Of a stretch of DNA of 56,164 nt, positions 39,715-50,398 are shown one piece after another (within the stretch, counting starts at the first letter, position 1; each line of letters opens with the position of its first letter). The notes under the pieces are model-generated. The model searched no databases. It saw only the letters and a program-made list of their open reading frames with translations, and was not told the origin of the DNA. The DNA is from Actinomycetota bacterium (GTDB lineage: Bacteria > Actinomycetota > Acidimicrobiia > Spongiisociales > UBA4744): assembly GCA_013152275.1 (NCBI GenBank), contig JAADGS010000058.1, positions 1 through 56,164 of the forward strand. The letters are read 5' to 3'. Position numbers and translations under genes: made by a program.

Positions 39715-40356
39715 TCAAGTGGGGAGACCCGTCGGACAAGCGACTCCCGTCCCACCGACCCCGCAATAGCCGCTCGGGTTCTTGGCCAGGTACTGCTGGT
39801 GGTACTCCTCCGCGTAGTAGAACTCACCTGCAGGGCGTATCTCGGTCGTGATCATCCCGTGCCCGGCAGCAGAGAGTTCCTGTTGGTAACGCCCGAGCGA
39901 CTGCTGGGCTGCCGCCTTCTGATCGTCGCCGAACGTGTACACGGCCGATCGATACTGCGTGCCGACATCGTTGCCCTGGCGCATCCCCTGGGTGGGATCG
40001 TGCCCTTCCCAGAAGACCTGCAGCAGTTCGTCATAGGAGACCTTGTTCGGATCGAACACGACCTGGACAGTCTCTGCATGACCCGTCGCACCGCTGCAGA
40101 CCTCTTCATAGTTGGCGTTCGGAGTGAACCCGCCCGCATACCCGACCGACGTGCCGTAGACGCCGGGGAGCTGCCAGAACATCCGCTCGGCTCCCCAAAA
40201 ACAGCCCATCGCGAAGAGCGCTCGCTGCATCCCCTCGGGGAACGGCGGCGTCTGTCGCGTGCCGAGCACGTAGTGGCGCTCAGGCACCTGCATCAGAATG
40301 GCTCGGCCGGGGAGAGCGTCTTCTCGGGACGGCATTGTCGGCGGTCGACGGATCAT
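39715..40356 (-). CDS. msrA: Peptide methionine sulfoxide reductase A
   Basis: [48 protein letters not shown]. Confidence 0.96.
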   Translation of the reverse strand: MIRRPPTMPSREDALPGRAILMQVPERHYVLGTRQTPPFPEGMQRALFAMGCFWGAERMFWQLPGVYGTSVGYAGGFTPNANYEEVCSGATGHAETVQVVFDPNKVSYDELLQVFWEGHDPTQGMRQGNDVGTQYRSAVYTFGDDQKAAAQQSLGRYQQELSAAGHGMITTEIRPAGEFYYAEEYHQQYLAKNPSGYCGVGGTGVACPTGLPT

Positions 40357-40418
40357 GCCGCGAGGCTACGCCGAACACACCCCTATATATCGTCCCGCTC
40401 GGCGCGTAGGTTGTGAAC

Positions 40419-41108
40419 ATGACACCACAACGCTCATTCACCCCGGCCCTGTTCAGTTTCTTGCGGGACCTCGAAGCCAACAACGATCGCGCTTGGTTCA
40501 GCGCCAACAAGCAGCGCTACGAGCGCGCGGTGCGACAGCCGGGCCTCCGGTTCGTCGACGACTTCGCTCCACATCTCGCCAAGATCAGCCCGCACTTCGT
40601 TGCGGATGCACGTGCGAACGGTGGTTCGATGTTCCGGATCTATCGGGACATCCGATTCTCGCGGGACAAGAGCCCGTACAAGATCAACACCGGTTTCCAG
40701 TTCCGTCACGAAGCCGGCAGAGACGTTCACGCCCCCGGCTTCTACCTCCACCTCGAGCCCGGAGCCGTGTTTGCCGGAGTGGGACTTTGGCGCCCGGACG
40801 CAACGACGGCGCGATCGATTCGCGAGGCGATCGCCGAAGATCCGACTCGCTGGAAACGAGTAACCCGCTCCAAACGGTTCTTGGACGTCTACACCCTCGA
40901 GGGCGACTCCCTCAAGCGCCCACCCCGCGGATTCGACCCCGAGCACCCCCTGATCGACGATCTGAAACGCAAGGATTTCATCGCGTCGACCCAGCTCACC
41001 CAGAAGGCCGTCACCTCCGAAGGCTTCCTCGACACCTACGCGAAGCTCTGCCGCACCGCCGCGCCCTTCATGGAGTTCCTCTGCGACGCGGTCGGCGTCC
41101 CCTTCTGA
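40419..41108 (+). CDS. DUF2461 (TIGR02453) family protein
   Basis: FLRDLEANNDRAWF, FRIYRDIRFSRDKSPYK, LKRPPRGFDPEHP. Confidence 0.88.
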   Translation: MTPQRSFTPALFSFLRDLEANNDRAWFSANKQRYERAVRQPGLRFVDDFAPHLAKISPHFVADARANGGSMFRIYRDIRFSRDKSPYKINTGFQFRHEAGRDVHAPGFYLHLEPGAVFAGVGLWRPDATTARSIREAIAEDPTRWKRVTRSKRFLDVYTLEGDSLKRPPRGFDPEHPLIDDLKRKDFIASTQLTQKAVTSEGFLDTYAKLCRTAAPFMEFLCDAVGVPF

Positions 41109-41234
41109 GAATCCCGAACCCAGGGCTCAGGGGGGTCGCCACGACCCCTCTGGGTTCGCCGAAACGGGGGCCGGCCTGCAGGTTCCGCGGAGCCTGGACC
41201 GAGGCCCACCCGATGTCGGAGGTCCCCGGCGGCC

Positions 41235-41789
41235 TCAGGCGGAGAGCCAGGCCGGTGCCTGCTCGAGAAGAAACTCGCTGATCTCCTTACAGCGATCCAG
41301 AACATCGCAGAGATGCACCTGGGCCACATAGATGTCGCGAACGGACACCTCCACTTTTCCGGTAATCGCAAGACTCCGTTGAGGAGCATCGGTCACCGAT
41401 GCGAACGAATCGATGGCCGACACCTCGACCGGAAGCACCGTTCCGGCGACCCCGGCGAGGTCGGTGGCCAACACGAGCAGGTCTGGAGGTGACGGAAGTG
41501 GTGGCAAGACCCAGTTGAAGTGCAGCGGAAGATGAAAAACGTCTTCGGGATCGGTTTCGTCCTGTAGCACTCTGTCCTCGAAGGCAAGCACGACCCGAGG
41601 ATCGACCTCCAGCGCCATGTGAAGATCGAGCGGACCTCCACAGGCGTTCTCCGGGTGCAGATCCACTTCCCATTGCTGCCCGAGTGAATACGTTTCAATG
41701 AAATGACGCTCATCGTGCACATGGAAGCCATGCTCGATCGCATGCATCTTCTCACTCGCGACGAACCCGTCGATGTCGATGACAGCCAT
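41235..41789 (-). CDS. Hypothetical protein
   Basis: 184-aa globular-looking ORF filling the gap downstream of the acyl-CoA dehydrogenase; HGFHVHDERHF. Confidence 0.7.
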   Translation of the reverse strand: MAVIDIDGFVASEKMHAIEHGFHVHDERHFIETYSLGQQWEVDLHPENACGGPLDLHMALEVDPRVVLAFEDRVLQDETDPEDVFHLPLHFNWVLPPLPSPPDLLVLATDLAGVAGTVLPVEVSAIDSFASVTDAPQRSLAITGKVEVSVRDIYVAQVHLCDVLDRCKEISEFLLEQAPAWLSA

Positions 41790-41868
41790 GCGCGCCAAGG
41801 TTCGCACACCTGGAGCACTACTGCAATGGCGCCGACCCGAAGAACCGTGTTCCTTGTCGATTTCCGGT

Positions 41869-43011
41869 TCAGCGCACAGGCAGACCGAGCGCCCTGGAAA
41901 TCACGAGTCGTTGAATCTCACTCGTTCCCTCACCGATCTCGAGGACCTTCGCATCACGGTAGAAGCGCGACACCGGAGACTCGTCCATGTACCCGGAGCC
42001 CCCGAAGATCTGCACCGCGTCGCGCGTCGCCGCCACGGCGGCCTCGCTCGCGTAGAGCTTCGCCATGGCCGCAGCCTTCCGATACGAACGGCCCACGCTC
42101 TTCAACCATGCCGCCTTATAGGTCAACAACCGGGCCGCCTCTACCGCGACCGCCATGTCGGCCAGCTTGAACGCCACTGCCTGATTCGCACCGATCGGAC
42201 GCCCGAATGCCATGCGCTCTTTCGCGTATGCACCCGCAAGGTCCAGACAGCCTTGGGCGACACCAACCGACATCGCGGCGATCGCGATCCGGCCCTCGTC
42301 GAGGATCCGTAGGAACTGCTGGAATCCCCTGCCTCGCTCACCCAGCAGATTCTCCGCCGGAACCCGACAGTCGACGAACGTCAGACCGTGGGTGTCGGAG
42401 GCTCTCCACCCCATCTTGTCGTAGGCAGGGTCGACCGTGAACCCCGGAGCTCCTGCCGGCACGATGATCGAACTGATCTCGTCGGGCCCGGTCTTGGCCG
42501 TCACCGTGACGAGCGAGGTAATCGGAGTTCCGGAATTGGTGATAAAGGACTTCGAACCGTTGATCACCCACTCTTCCCCGTCGAGCACGGCCTTGGTCCG
42601 GGTACCGCCGGCGTCCGATCCGGCATCCGCCTCGGTCAGCCCGAACCCTGCGAGGGCCGTCCCTGCCACGAGGTCGGGGAGCCAGCGGCGCTTCTGCTCG
42701 TCGGTGCCGAACTGGTAGATCGGGCTCGCCCCCAGCTCCACCCCTGCCTCCAAGGTGATGGCCATCGACTGGTCGACCCTCGCCAACTCCTCGATCGCGA
42801 TACACAGCGTCGTGAAGTCTGCATCTGCACCACCGTATTCCTCGGGGAAGATGAGACCGAACAGTCCCAGGTCGCCCATCTTGCGGACGACGTCGAGCGG
42901 GAATGAGTGGTTGCGATCCCATTCCTCGGCGTGCGGAGCGATCTCCTGCTCTGCAAACTCCCGAACAACCCTCCGGAAGGCTTGCTGTTCTTCGGACAGT
43001 TCGAACTCCAT
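41869..43011 (-). CDS. Acyl-CoA dehydrogenase
   Basis: FGLTEADAGSD, INGSKSFITN, KMGWRASDT, GRIAIAA, QIFGGSG, IGEGTSEIQR. Confidence 0.94.
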   Translation of the reverse strand: MEFELSEEQQAFRRVVREFAEQEIAPHAEEWDRNHSFPLDVVRKMGDLGLFGLIFPEEYGGADADFTTLCIAIEELARVDQSMAITLEAGVELGASPIYQFGTDEQKRRWLPDLVAGTALAGFGLTEADAGSDAGGTRTKAVLDGEEWVINGSKSFITNSGTPITSLVTVTAKTGPDEISSIIVPAGAPGFTVDPAYDKMGWRASDTHGLTFVDCRVPAENLLGERGRGFQQFLRILDEGRIAIAAMSVGVAQGCLDLAGAYAKERMAFGRPIGANQAVAFKLADMAVAVEAARLLTYKAAWLKSVGRSYRKAAAMAKLYASEAAVAATRDAVQIFGGSGYMDESPVSRFYRDAKVLEIGEGTSEIQRLVISRALGLPVR

Positions 43012-43071
43012 ACCGCCTCCTCCTTGCACCGGCGCACTCTACGACATGGACCGTGCCGGCGCGCGAACCGG

Positions 43072-43728
43072 CTATCCCCTCGGCAACACCTCGACCATCC
43101 CAGCAGGTGTCTCGGCTGTCAAGGTCACAACCTCACCCCATTCGATCGGCCAGGCCATCACGATCGTGCCTCGACGCGGGAACCCGACGATCTCATGACC
43201 ATCGACGGTACGAGCCGTCACCTTGGTGATCTCCCCGGGAGCGACAAGGAGCCCCTCGGCGAAAGGGTCGAGCAGCGTCTGAGTGATCTCGACCTGATCG
43301 GTCTCACAAATGCCCGATCCGACATCGCCCCGGATCGCGATAACGCAGTCCGAACCGTCCTCGGATCGGTACCGCAGAAGATCGTACCGACCCGCCGGGG
43401 TATCGACAGATCCAACCATGTCGGCAGAGCCGGGTTCGAACTCGCCTATCCACTGTTCGGCGATGATCTCGGCCTTGTCACCCACACCAGATCCCGGGTG
43501 AACCTCGACGATCAGGACGCCATCGGTGGACGTTGTCGTCGAACGAGGTATCGAGGCCGGTTCGGTGTCAGTCGTGGAAACCGTCGGTTGCTCGGCGAGG
43601 GTCGTGTCCACGGCGGCGACGCCGGTCGATGCCGTCGATGTCGTTTGCGTGTCTCCACCGGTCTGACTGCACGCCGTAGTGAGGATGACGGCGGCGGCCA
43701 GCAATCGTATGCCTCTCGAGATCTTCAT
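43072..43728 (-). CDS. Hypothetical lipoprotein
   Basis: MKISRGIRLLAAAVILTTAC; Thr-rich linker. Confidence 0.72.
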   Translation of the reverse strand: MKISRGIRLLAAAVILTTACSQTGGDTQTTSTASTGVAAVDTTLAEQPTVSTTDTEPASIPRSTTTSTDGVLIVEVHPGSGVGDKAEIIAEQWIGEFEPGSADMVGSVDTPAGRYDLLRYRSEDGSDCVIAIRGDVGSGICETDQVEITQTLLDPFAEGLLVAPGEITKVTARTVDGHEIVGFPRRGTIVMAWPIEWGEVVTLTAETPAGMVEVLPRG

Positions 43729-43775
43729 ACCGCCACTGTACGCCGGCATCGAGGGACGGCGCACCTGATTGATGA

Positions 43776-44768
43776 TCAGTCCCCGACCGTGTCCTCACCC
43801 TCGGTGGTCTCCGCAAGATCCTGTGACATCCACGTGTGGGCACCGGCAAAGATCCCGGCACCTGCCGGGATCCAATAGGCGATGACCCTGTAGACGAGGA
43901 TCGGACCGAGACTCACCGAGGGGGACACTCCGAACAGCGCAAGCACTCCGACGAGCCCCGCTTCGATCACTCCGAGGCCACCGGGAGATCCGGGAAGGCC
44001 GCCGACGAGGTGCGCAACTCCATACACGACGAAACCCCGAACCGGGGAAAGGTGAATGCCGAAAGCGCTCAGCACGAGAAGCATCGAGCCGGCCTCGGTC
44101 CCCAGGCGGACCATCAGCAGCCCGACTTCGAGCAGTGTCACCCGACGGTCGACTGCAGTCGGTCCGATGAGGCGGCGTAGGCGCTGCGGCAACCGGCGCG
44201 TGATCGAGTGCATCCAGCGAGGCCCGCTGAGCAGAAGGGCACCGGCGGCAACGCCCGAGATCCCGATCGTCACGACCCCCGCATTGACCGCCAGGCCGAG
44301 CCCGGCTGCACGGGCCCAAAGAATCGCACCTCCGGTGCCCAGGAGCAGCCCTCCATAGGTGAGCACCGTCGTTCGAAGTGCCGCACCGGCCGTTCCGGGT
44401 ACTTCGTCACGAACGGTCCATGCCATTGCAGCGGGAGTAAACGCGCCTCCCGCCGGGATCAACCGCGCGACTCCACTCGCAACGAGGGCGGCGCGCACTG
44501 CATCACGAAAACCCAGATGGAACCCTCCCGCTCGCACGGCGACCTTGAACATACCGGCGAACGCGCCCTTCGCCGCGAACTCCACACCCAGGGCCCCGAC
44601 CAGCAGCAAGACGCTCGAGCTGTCGATGCTGGGGAGATGCGCCTTCTCACCGAAGAATCGTGCAACGGCCAAGTACAGCACCAGCCCAAACGCCAGAAAT
44701 ACGAGAATGCCCCTGCCGGCAAGCAGCCGGCGCATCACAAAGCGCCTCGACGGGCGTGCATCTCGCAT
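43776..44768 (-). CDS. Lysylphosphatidylglycerol synthase TM/flippase-like protein (UPF0104)
   Basis: Multi-TM; LPGSPGGLGVIEAGL, ILVYRVIAYWIP. Confidence 0.82.
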   Translation of the reverse strand: MRDARPSRRFVMRRLLAGRGILVFLAFGLVLYLAVARFFGEKAHLPSIDSSSVLLLVGALGVEFAAKGAFAGMFKVAVRAGGFHLGFRDAVRAALVASGVARLIPAGGAFTPAAMAWTVRDEVPGTAGAALRTTVLTYGGLLLGTGGAILWARAAGLGLAVNAGVVTIGISGVAAGALLLSGPRWMHSITRRLPQRLRRLIGPTAVDRRVTLLEVGLLMVRLGTEAGSMLLVLSAFGIHLSPVRGFVVYGVAHLVGGLPGSPGGLGVIEAGLVGVLALFGVSPSVSLGPILVYRVIAYWIPAGAGIFAGAHTWMSQDLAETTEGEDTVGD

Positions 44769-44845
44769 GCTCGAACGCTACTCCATGGAGGAAGGAAGCC
44801 TGCTGAGCCTCGGCACGGCGACGTGTTTCGCCGGCGGTCGCTCAC

Positions 44846-45103
44846 TCATCCAGCCCGTCGTTCTCTTCCGGCTCCACGAAGCTCCCGCCGGCCGGAGGCG
44901 GTCATGCCGCCCCAGACCCCTGAGGTCATACGGAACTCGAAGGCGTACGAAAGGCATTCATCACGCACCCGACAGCCTCCACAGATCGCCTTGGCACGCA
45001 TCGACGACGCATCTTCTCCGGGAAAGAAGACATCTGGGTCCATACCGACGCACGAGGCGTCGCGACGCCAGCCTTCGGATGTCGAGTCTAGGAGTGGATG
45101 CAC
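44846..45103 (-). CDS. whiB: WhiB family Fe-S transcriptional regulator
   Basis: WRRDASC..DPDVFFP..AKAICGGCRVRDECL..GVWGG; four Cys; subfamily not assigned. Confidence 0.9.
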   Translation of the reverse strand: MHPLLDSTSEGWRRDASCVGMDPDVFFPGEDASSMRAKAICGGCRVRDECLSYAFEFRMTSGVWGGMTASGRRELRGAGRERRAG

Positions 45104-45167
45104 ACTGACCCCCGAACATCTGTTCCCTGATAATGCTACCCCCGTCCCGGATTTGTAGTCTCTGCTG

Positions 45168-46244
45168 ATGCGATTCCCCGATTATCAGGGCGGCGGGCTC
45201 GTCAACCTCGTCGCCGAAGTCGAGCGAAGGCTCACCGGTACCGCGCCTTCACCCGGGCTGTCCCAACACCTCGCCTCCACCTTCCCCGAGGCGCAGAGCT
45301 ACATACTCGTGCTGTTCGACGGGCTCGGAGACCTTCAGCTCGAACATCCCGACGCCAAGGCACTTCTCGCATCGCGAGTCGGAGCTCTGGACGCCTCCTT
45401 CTCCACCCAGACAACCGTGAACACGTCCACGCTCGCCACCGGACTTCCACCTTCACAACACGGACTGATCGCATACCAGCTCCGCCTGGACACGTCCGTG
45501 CTGAACACCATCTACTGGTATCTGGATGACGGGAAGGCCTGCGACGCCGATCCGGCGACCTTTCTCCCTGTCCCGAATCTGGCCGAGCGGCTTGCACACG
45601 CCGGGCGCCGGGTAGTGGCAACCGAACCCGAGGCGTTCCTCGAAAGCCCTCTCGATCGTATGCTCTACCGCGGATCCACGGTGGTGGGAGTTGCAGACGC
45701 GGGTGTTGACACGGCCCTGGATGCCGTGCAGACACCCGGCACGCTGGCACTCGTCTACCTGCCACACGTGGATGCCGCCGGACACACGGCTGGACAAGGC
45801 TCGGATCTGTATGCGGAAGCCGTTCGCCATGTCTCCGAGGTCTGGAGCGAGATCATCGCCCGGCTTCCTCGAGGAGTTGCAGCCGTCGGAACGGCCGATC
45901 ACGGACATGTCGACATCGCCGACGACCATCGCATCGACCTCCCGCAGCTCGATGACCTGATCCTGTACGGCGACAACCGCGTGGTCTACGTCTCGGGCCC
46001 GGCGTCGGCAGGGGCGGACCTTGCTCGATCCCTCCCTGCCACATGGGTCCCCGTCTCGCGGCTCGAAGGGATCTGGGGTCCTGAGCCCTACCATCCCCGA
46101 TTCGCCGAACGGCTACCGGATGGCCTCCTGATCGCCGACGACGGATACGCTCTGGTTCCTTATGGAACTGTCGACACGATGGTCGGCCACCACGGTGGAG
46201 TCACGGAGGCAGAGCTGAGGATTCCGCTGCTCATCGCTTCGTGA
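45168..46244 (+). CDS. Alkaline phosphatase superfamily / nucleotide pyrophosphatase
   Basis: VLFDGLG, TGLPPSQHG, VDAAGH, TADHGH, GHHGG. Confidence 0.83.
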   Translation: MRFPDYQGGGLVNLVAEVERRLTGTAPSPGLSQHLASTFPEAQSYILVLFDGLGDLQLEHPDAKALLASRVGALDASFSTQTTVNTSTLATGLPPSQHGLIAYQLRLDTSVLNTIYWYLDDGKACDADPATFLPVPNLAERLAHAGRRVVATEPEAFLESPLDRMLYRGSTVVGVADAGVDTALDAVQTPGTLALVYLPHVDAAGHTAGQGSDLYAEAVRHVSEVWSEIIARLPRGVAAVGTADHGHVDIADDHRIDLPQLDDLILYGDNRVVYVSGPASAGADLARSLPATWVPVSRLEGIWGPEPYHPRFAERLPDGLLIADDGYALVPYGTVDTMVGHHGGVTEAELRIPLLIAS

Positions 46245-46274
46245 GCCGAACCTCTCTCGCAGTACGCTTCTCAC

Positions 46275-47618
46275 ATGGCATACGAGAAACTCCGTGCAGC
46301 AGTCGATCAGCAGTTCAACACGATCCGTCAGGGCCTCGAAGACCTCACCACCGTCCCCTCCGTGAGTGCACCAGGTTTCGATCCGGGCAACGTTCGCATC
46401 TCGGCCGAAGTCGTCGCCGGTCTCCTTCGGGACGCGGGGTTTCCCGACGTGCGGCTTCTGGAGTCCGAGGGCGCTCATCCTGCCGTCTTCGCCCACTACC
46501 CCGCCCCGGCGGGAGCACCCACCGTGCTGCTGTATGCCCACCATGACGTGCAGCCGCCCGGAGACGAATGCGGGTGGACGTCTCCTCCGTTCGAGCCCGT
46601 CGAGCGTGATGGTCGTATCTACGGCCGCGGTATCGCAGATGACAAGTCGGGTGTGCTCATGCATGTGGGAGCGATGCTCGCCCATCAGGGGAAGCCGCCG
46701 GTTGGAGTCAAAGTGATCATCGAGGGCGAAGAGGAGATCGGCTCGCTACATCTCGAGGATTTCCTGCACGAATACCAACAACTGTTCAGCGCCGATGTGA
46801 TCGTGATCGGGGACTCGGGAAACTGGAAGGTCGGTGTGCCGGCCCTCACCACTTCGCTTCGCGGCCTTGTCGATTGTGTGATCGAGATACGCACGGCCGA
46901 TCATGCGCTGCACAGTGGAGAGTTCGGCGGACCGATCCCCGACGCTCTCACCGTTCTCGTCCGTACGCTTGCCACGTTGCATGACGAGCAAGGGAACGTC
47001 GCCATCCCGGACCTCGTATCGTCTGATACCGCCGATCCGCTCGATCTCACCGAAGTCGAGTTTCGCGCGCAGGCCGGCGTCGTCGATGGTCTCGAGTTGA
47101 TCGGAGAGGGCAGCATCACCTCGCGACTGTGGACCATGCCGGCGATCTCCGTCCTCGCCATCGACGCTCCGTCCGTGGACGAGGCGATCAACGCTCTCGT
47201 TCCGGTCGCACGAGCGAAGGTGAGCATGCGCCTCGCTCCAGGCCAGAGCCCGTCCCACGCCATGAAGGCACTGGTCGATTATCTGGAATCGCACGTACCG
47301 TGGGGCGCCCGGGTAACCGTCACTCCGGGCGCTTCAGGCGAGGCATTCGCTCTCGCAACGGAGGGTCCCCACTTCGACATATACCGTGCTGCCATGCGTG
47401 AGGCCTGGGGCACCGAACCGGTGAACATGGGTGTCGGCGGCTCGATTCCGTTCGTCGCAGCGTTCTCGGAGAGCTTTCCCGAAGCAACGATCGTGCTCAC
47501 CGGCGCACAGGAGCCCGAAAGTCGGATCCATGCGCCAGACGAGAGCCTCGATCTCGGAGAACTCCGCCGATCGGTCCTGGCCGAAGCCATCGTCCTGGAA
47601 CTGCTCGCGACGCAGTGA
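46275..47618 (+). CDS. M20 family dipeptidase
   Basis: YAHHDVQP, GRGIADDK, EGEEEIGS, LHSGEFGG, GGSIP, IHAPDES. Confidence 0.9.
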   Translation: MAYEKLRAAVDQQFNTIRQGLEDLTTVPSVSAPGFDPGNVRISAEVVAGLLRDAGFPDVRLLESEGAHPAVFAHYPAPAGAPTVLLYAHHDVQPPGDECGWTSPPFEPVERDGRIYGRGIADDKSGVLMHVGAMLAHQGKPPVGVKVIIEGEEEIGSLHLEDFLHEYQQLFSADVIVIGDSGNWKVGVPALTTSLRGLVDCVIEIRTADHALHSGEFGGPIPDALTVLVRTLATLHDEQGNVAIPDLVSSDTADPLDLTEVEFRAQAGVVDGLELIGEGSITSRLWTMPAISVLAIDAPSVDEAINALVPVARAKVSMRLAPGQSPSHAMKALVDYLESHVPWGARVTVTPGASGEAFALATEGPHFDIYRAAMREAWGTEPVNMGVGGSIPFVAAFSESFPEATIVLTGAQEPESRIHAPDESLDLGELRRSVLAEAIVLELLATQ

Positions 47619-47747
47619 GCCGTCAGCTCCGAGCTGTCAGCGCCCGGTGGGAGCCGCTTCGTCCGCCCCGCTGGTCCTGTGTCGACCCGAGGCGACGATT
47701 CGAAGCACCGAGTACGTGATACGAGGCGCCGCCAAGGCCGGCCCCCC

Positions 47748-48206
47748 TTACACCGAGCCCGCGAACCCGCCCTGACGCCATGCTTCGTACACGACGACAG
47801 ACACGGCGTTCGCGAGATTGAGACTTCTGCGGTCGGGCAGCATCGGGATCCGCAGCACCTCGTCCGCCTGATCGAGCACGTCCTCGGGAAGTCCGACCGA
47901 CTCGGGTCCGAACAGCAGCGCGTCATCACTCCGGTAGACCACATCGGTGTATCGAAGCTTCCCTACGCCCGAGTAGGCGAGCAGGCGGTGCGGCTCGGCG
48001 GCGGCAAGATACGCTTCCAGGCTCTCGTGAACATCGACGCTGGCCCATTCCCGATAGTCGAGCCCCGCCCTGCGTAGACGCCGCTCGTCGAGGGTGAACC
48101 CGAGTGGCTCGACCAGATGCAGGTGAATCCCCGTGTTGGCGCTCAGACGCATCAGATTGCCGGTGTTCGGTGGAATCTCAGGATGGAAAAGGATCACGTC
48201 GAGCAT
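47748..48206 (-). CDS. trmL: tRNA (cytidine(34)-2'-O)-methyltransferase
   Basis: PEIPPNTGN, RRAGLDY, FGPESVGL, RSLNLANA. Confidence 0.93.
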   Translation of the reverse strand: MLDVILFHPEIPPNTGNLMRLSANTGIHLHLVEPLGFTLDERRLRRAGLDYREWASVDVHESLEAYLAAAEPHRLLAYSGVGKLRYTDVVYRSDDALLFGPESVGLPEDVLDQADEVLRIPMLPDRRSLNLANAVSVVVYEAWRQGGFAGSV

Positions 48207-48865
48207 CAGAACAGTGTTGGCCGATCCGATTCGAGCCCGCGCAGTTCGTCGTAGTCGAGTTCGACGGTCACGATCCCCCTCGCCTCGGCCAGTACCTTTG
48301 CCTGCGGCTTGACGATCTGCGCCGCAAAGATTCCCCGGACTTCCCCGAGTCGCTTGTCACGGCGGAGGCGCTCCACGTAGCGAACGAGTTGCTCGACCCC
48401 GTCGATCTCGCCTCTCCGTTTGATCTCCACCGCTACCGCGTTCCCCTCTCGATCGGAACACAGCAGGTCGACGGGCCCGATGTCGGTCGGGTACTCCCGA
48501 CGGATCAACACCAGTCCCTCCTCCAGAACCCCTGGGCGCTCTGCAAGCAAGACCTGAAGGTGACGCTCCACACCGTCCTTCTCCAGGCCGGGGTCCGTCC
48601 CCATCTCGAAGTCTTGGTCGGAGAAGATCTCCTCGAACGTGATGACGAGACGTTCCCCCTTCGGGTTGGTGACCGTCCAGATGCCGTCTGTCTCTTGAAT
48701 GAAGTTGGGAGCATTCATCCAGTTGAGCGGCTTGTAGGCGCCGCCGTCGGCATGAACGGCGACACACCCGTCGGCCTTGACCATGACGAGTCGAGTCGCT
48801 GAGGGAAGGTGGGCGGTGAGCCGTCCCTCATAGTCGACGCTGCACCGTGCGATCACCAGTCGCAT
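48206..48865 (-). CDS. nucS: Mismatch-specific endonuclease NucS/EndoMS
   Basis: [58 protein letters not shown]. Confidence 0.95.
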   Translation of the reverse strand: MRLVIARCSVDYEGRLTAHLPSATRLVMVKADGCVAVHADGGAYKPLNWMNAPNFIQETDGIWTVTNPKGERLVITFEEIFSDQDFEMGTDPGLEKDGVERHLQVLLAERPGVLEEGLVLIRREYPTDIGPVDLLCSDREGNAVAVEIKRRGEIDGVEQLVRYVERLRRDKRLGEVRGIFAAQIVKPQAKVLAEARGIVTVELDYDELRGLESDRPTLF

Positions 48866-48929
48866 CGCGGTGCAGCGTACCAGTGTGTCCATCGACTGCT
48901 CTTCGTCGAGAGGGTGGCACAATGCGTTG

Positions 48930-49355
48930 ATGCGCGACCGAACCGCCAAATACCTCTCCGCCTTTCACGCCGCCGCATTTCACGTCACGCGAGGACGGAT
49001 GGGACGCAGGCTCGTACAAAACGACATCCTGCTGCTCACGACCAGCGGCCGGAAGAGCGGCCGTCCACACACCGTACCGCTCCTGTATCTGCGCGACGCC
49101 ACAGCGCTCGTCGTCATCGCTTCGTGGGGTGGACGCCCCACCAATCCTGACTGGTACGAGAATCTCATGACTTCTCCCCACGCGACGGTCGAGCTTCCCG
49201 GAGGGCAGACCCTCGACGTGTCGGCACGCACGGCAACACCCGAGGAGCGAGCTTCGTGGTGGCCGAGGATCACCGACGCCTACGCCGGATACATCGCCTA
49301 CCAGTCCCGGACGGACCGAGAGATACCGGTGGTGTTCCTCACCCCGACGACGTAG
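48930..49355 (+). CDS. Deazaflavin (F420)-dependent nitroreductase family protein
   Basis: [35 protein letters not shown]. Confidence 0.9.
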   Translation: MRDRTAKYLSAFHAAAFHVTRGRMGRRLVQNDILLLTTSGRKSGRPHTVPLLYLRDATALVVIASWGGRPTNPDWYENLMTSPHATVELPGGQTLDVSARTATPEERASWWPRITDAYAGYIAYQSRTDREIPVVFLTPTT

Positions 49356-49532
49356 GAGATCATCGAGCACTCGGCGGCGCCCTCCTGGAGGACTGTGCCT
49401 CGCTCATCGACAGCACCAGCCGCTGGGCTCGCCCCGCAATCTTGCTTCGACCTGAAGGTGCGATCCGGAGCACGAAGTACCGGGAAACCCGGCCCGGCGA
49501 GCGAAGCAAGCCACCGATCCCAGGTGCCGGCA

Positions 49533-50234
49533 TCACCCGGCAGACTTGTGGAGCCGGACGATCGTTCCCTCACGGAACAGCACAGGCACCCGAAGGCCCA
49601 TCGCCGCGTACACACTCGGCGGAACCGAAATGTCGGCGACGTAGAGTTCACCCACCTGAGATGCACCGAGCAACCCGACCTTCGGGAGCGCCAGTGCCAG
49701 GGTGGCGGTCGCGTCGATACACGGATCGCCTGCTTCGCCACTCGTCACGTTCAACCCACTCGGCGTGTCCAGCGAGAGCACCGGCCGTCCCTTCGCCCAC
49801 CGAATCAGCTCGGCGGTTCTGCCCCTCGGATCGCCCCGGAGGCTATATCCGATCAGGGCGTCGATAACGAGATCGGCGTCGGGCGGGTCGGCTTCGAATC
49901 TCACACCCATTTTCCGCAAGATCTCAAACTGGATCCTCGGCACCTCGCCAAGGCGGTCCGGCGCCGTCGCTGTCACCACACCGACCTTGCTCCCCCGATT
50001 GGCCAGATGGCGCGCCGCCACGAGACCGCCGCCCCCGTTTCCTCCCGTCCCTGCCAGCACGGTCACCGTGCCGGGCCGGAATCTTTCGATGGCGAGCTCG
50101 GCGAGGTTCCTCCCCGCGTTCTCCATCATCTGGACGAGAACGATCCCGAGGTCCTCGATCATCACACGGTCGACCTCTCTCATCTGGGCCTCGGTGAGTG
50201 CAGGGACCGTCCGTAGATCAACTTCCGGAAGCAT
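49533..50234 (-). CDS. nnrE: NAD(P)H-hydrate epimerase (stand-alone YjeF N-domain)
   Basis: QMREVDR, MMENAG, GTGGNGGGG, IDALIGY, SLDTPSG, TLALPKVG, ADISVP. Confidence 0.88.
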   Translation of the reverse strand: MLPEVDLRTVPALTEAQMREVDRVMIEDLGIVLVQMMENAGRNLAELAIERFRPGTVTVLAGTGGNGGGGLVAARHLANRGSKVGVVTATAPDRLGEVPRIQFEILRKMGVRFEADPPDADLVIDALIGYSLRGDPRGRTAELIRWAKGRPVLSLDTPSGLNVTSGEAGDPCIDATATLALALPKVGLLGASQVGELYVADISVPPSVYAAMGLRVPVLFREGTIVRLHKSAG

Positions 50235-50244
50235 GAGCTCTCCT

Positions 50245-50302
50245 CGCTCTCACATGAGTTGGGGGCGCATGGCCAACCTACTCACGCGAGAACGGAAACG
50301 GG
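50245..50302. repeat. REP-like unit left of the ABC operon
   Basis: GTTGGGGGCGCATGGCCAACCTACTCACGCGAGAACGGAAACGGG; near-identical block at 53009-53054. Confidence 0.85.
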
Positions 50303-50398
50303 GGTGCCGTTCGATGGTTGAACGGAGGTGGCCGAGAAATCCCCTCCAACAACGGACCGGATCTGCCAAGCTGCGAACTCGACGAGGGGAGGGGCCAG

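Noticed and set aside
39715..40356. MsrA as a second selenoprotein
   Set aside because: Active site is GCFWG with Cys; no in-frame UGA
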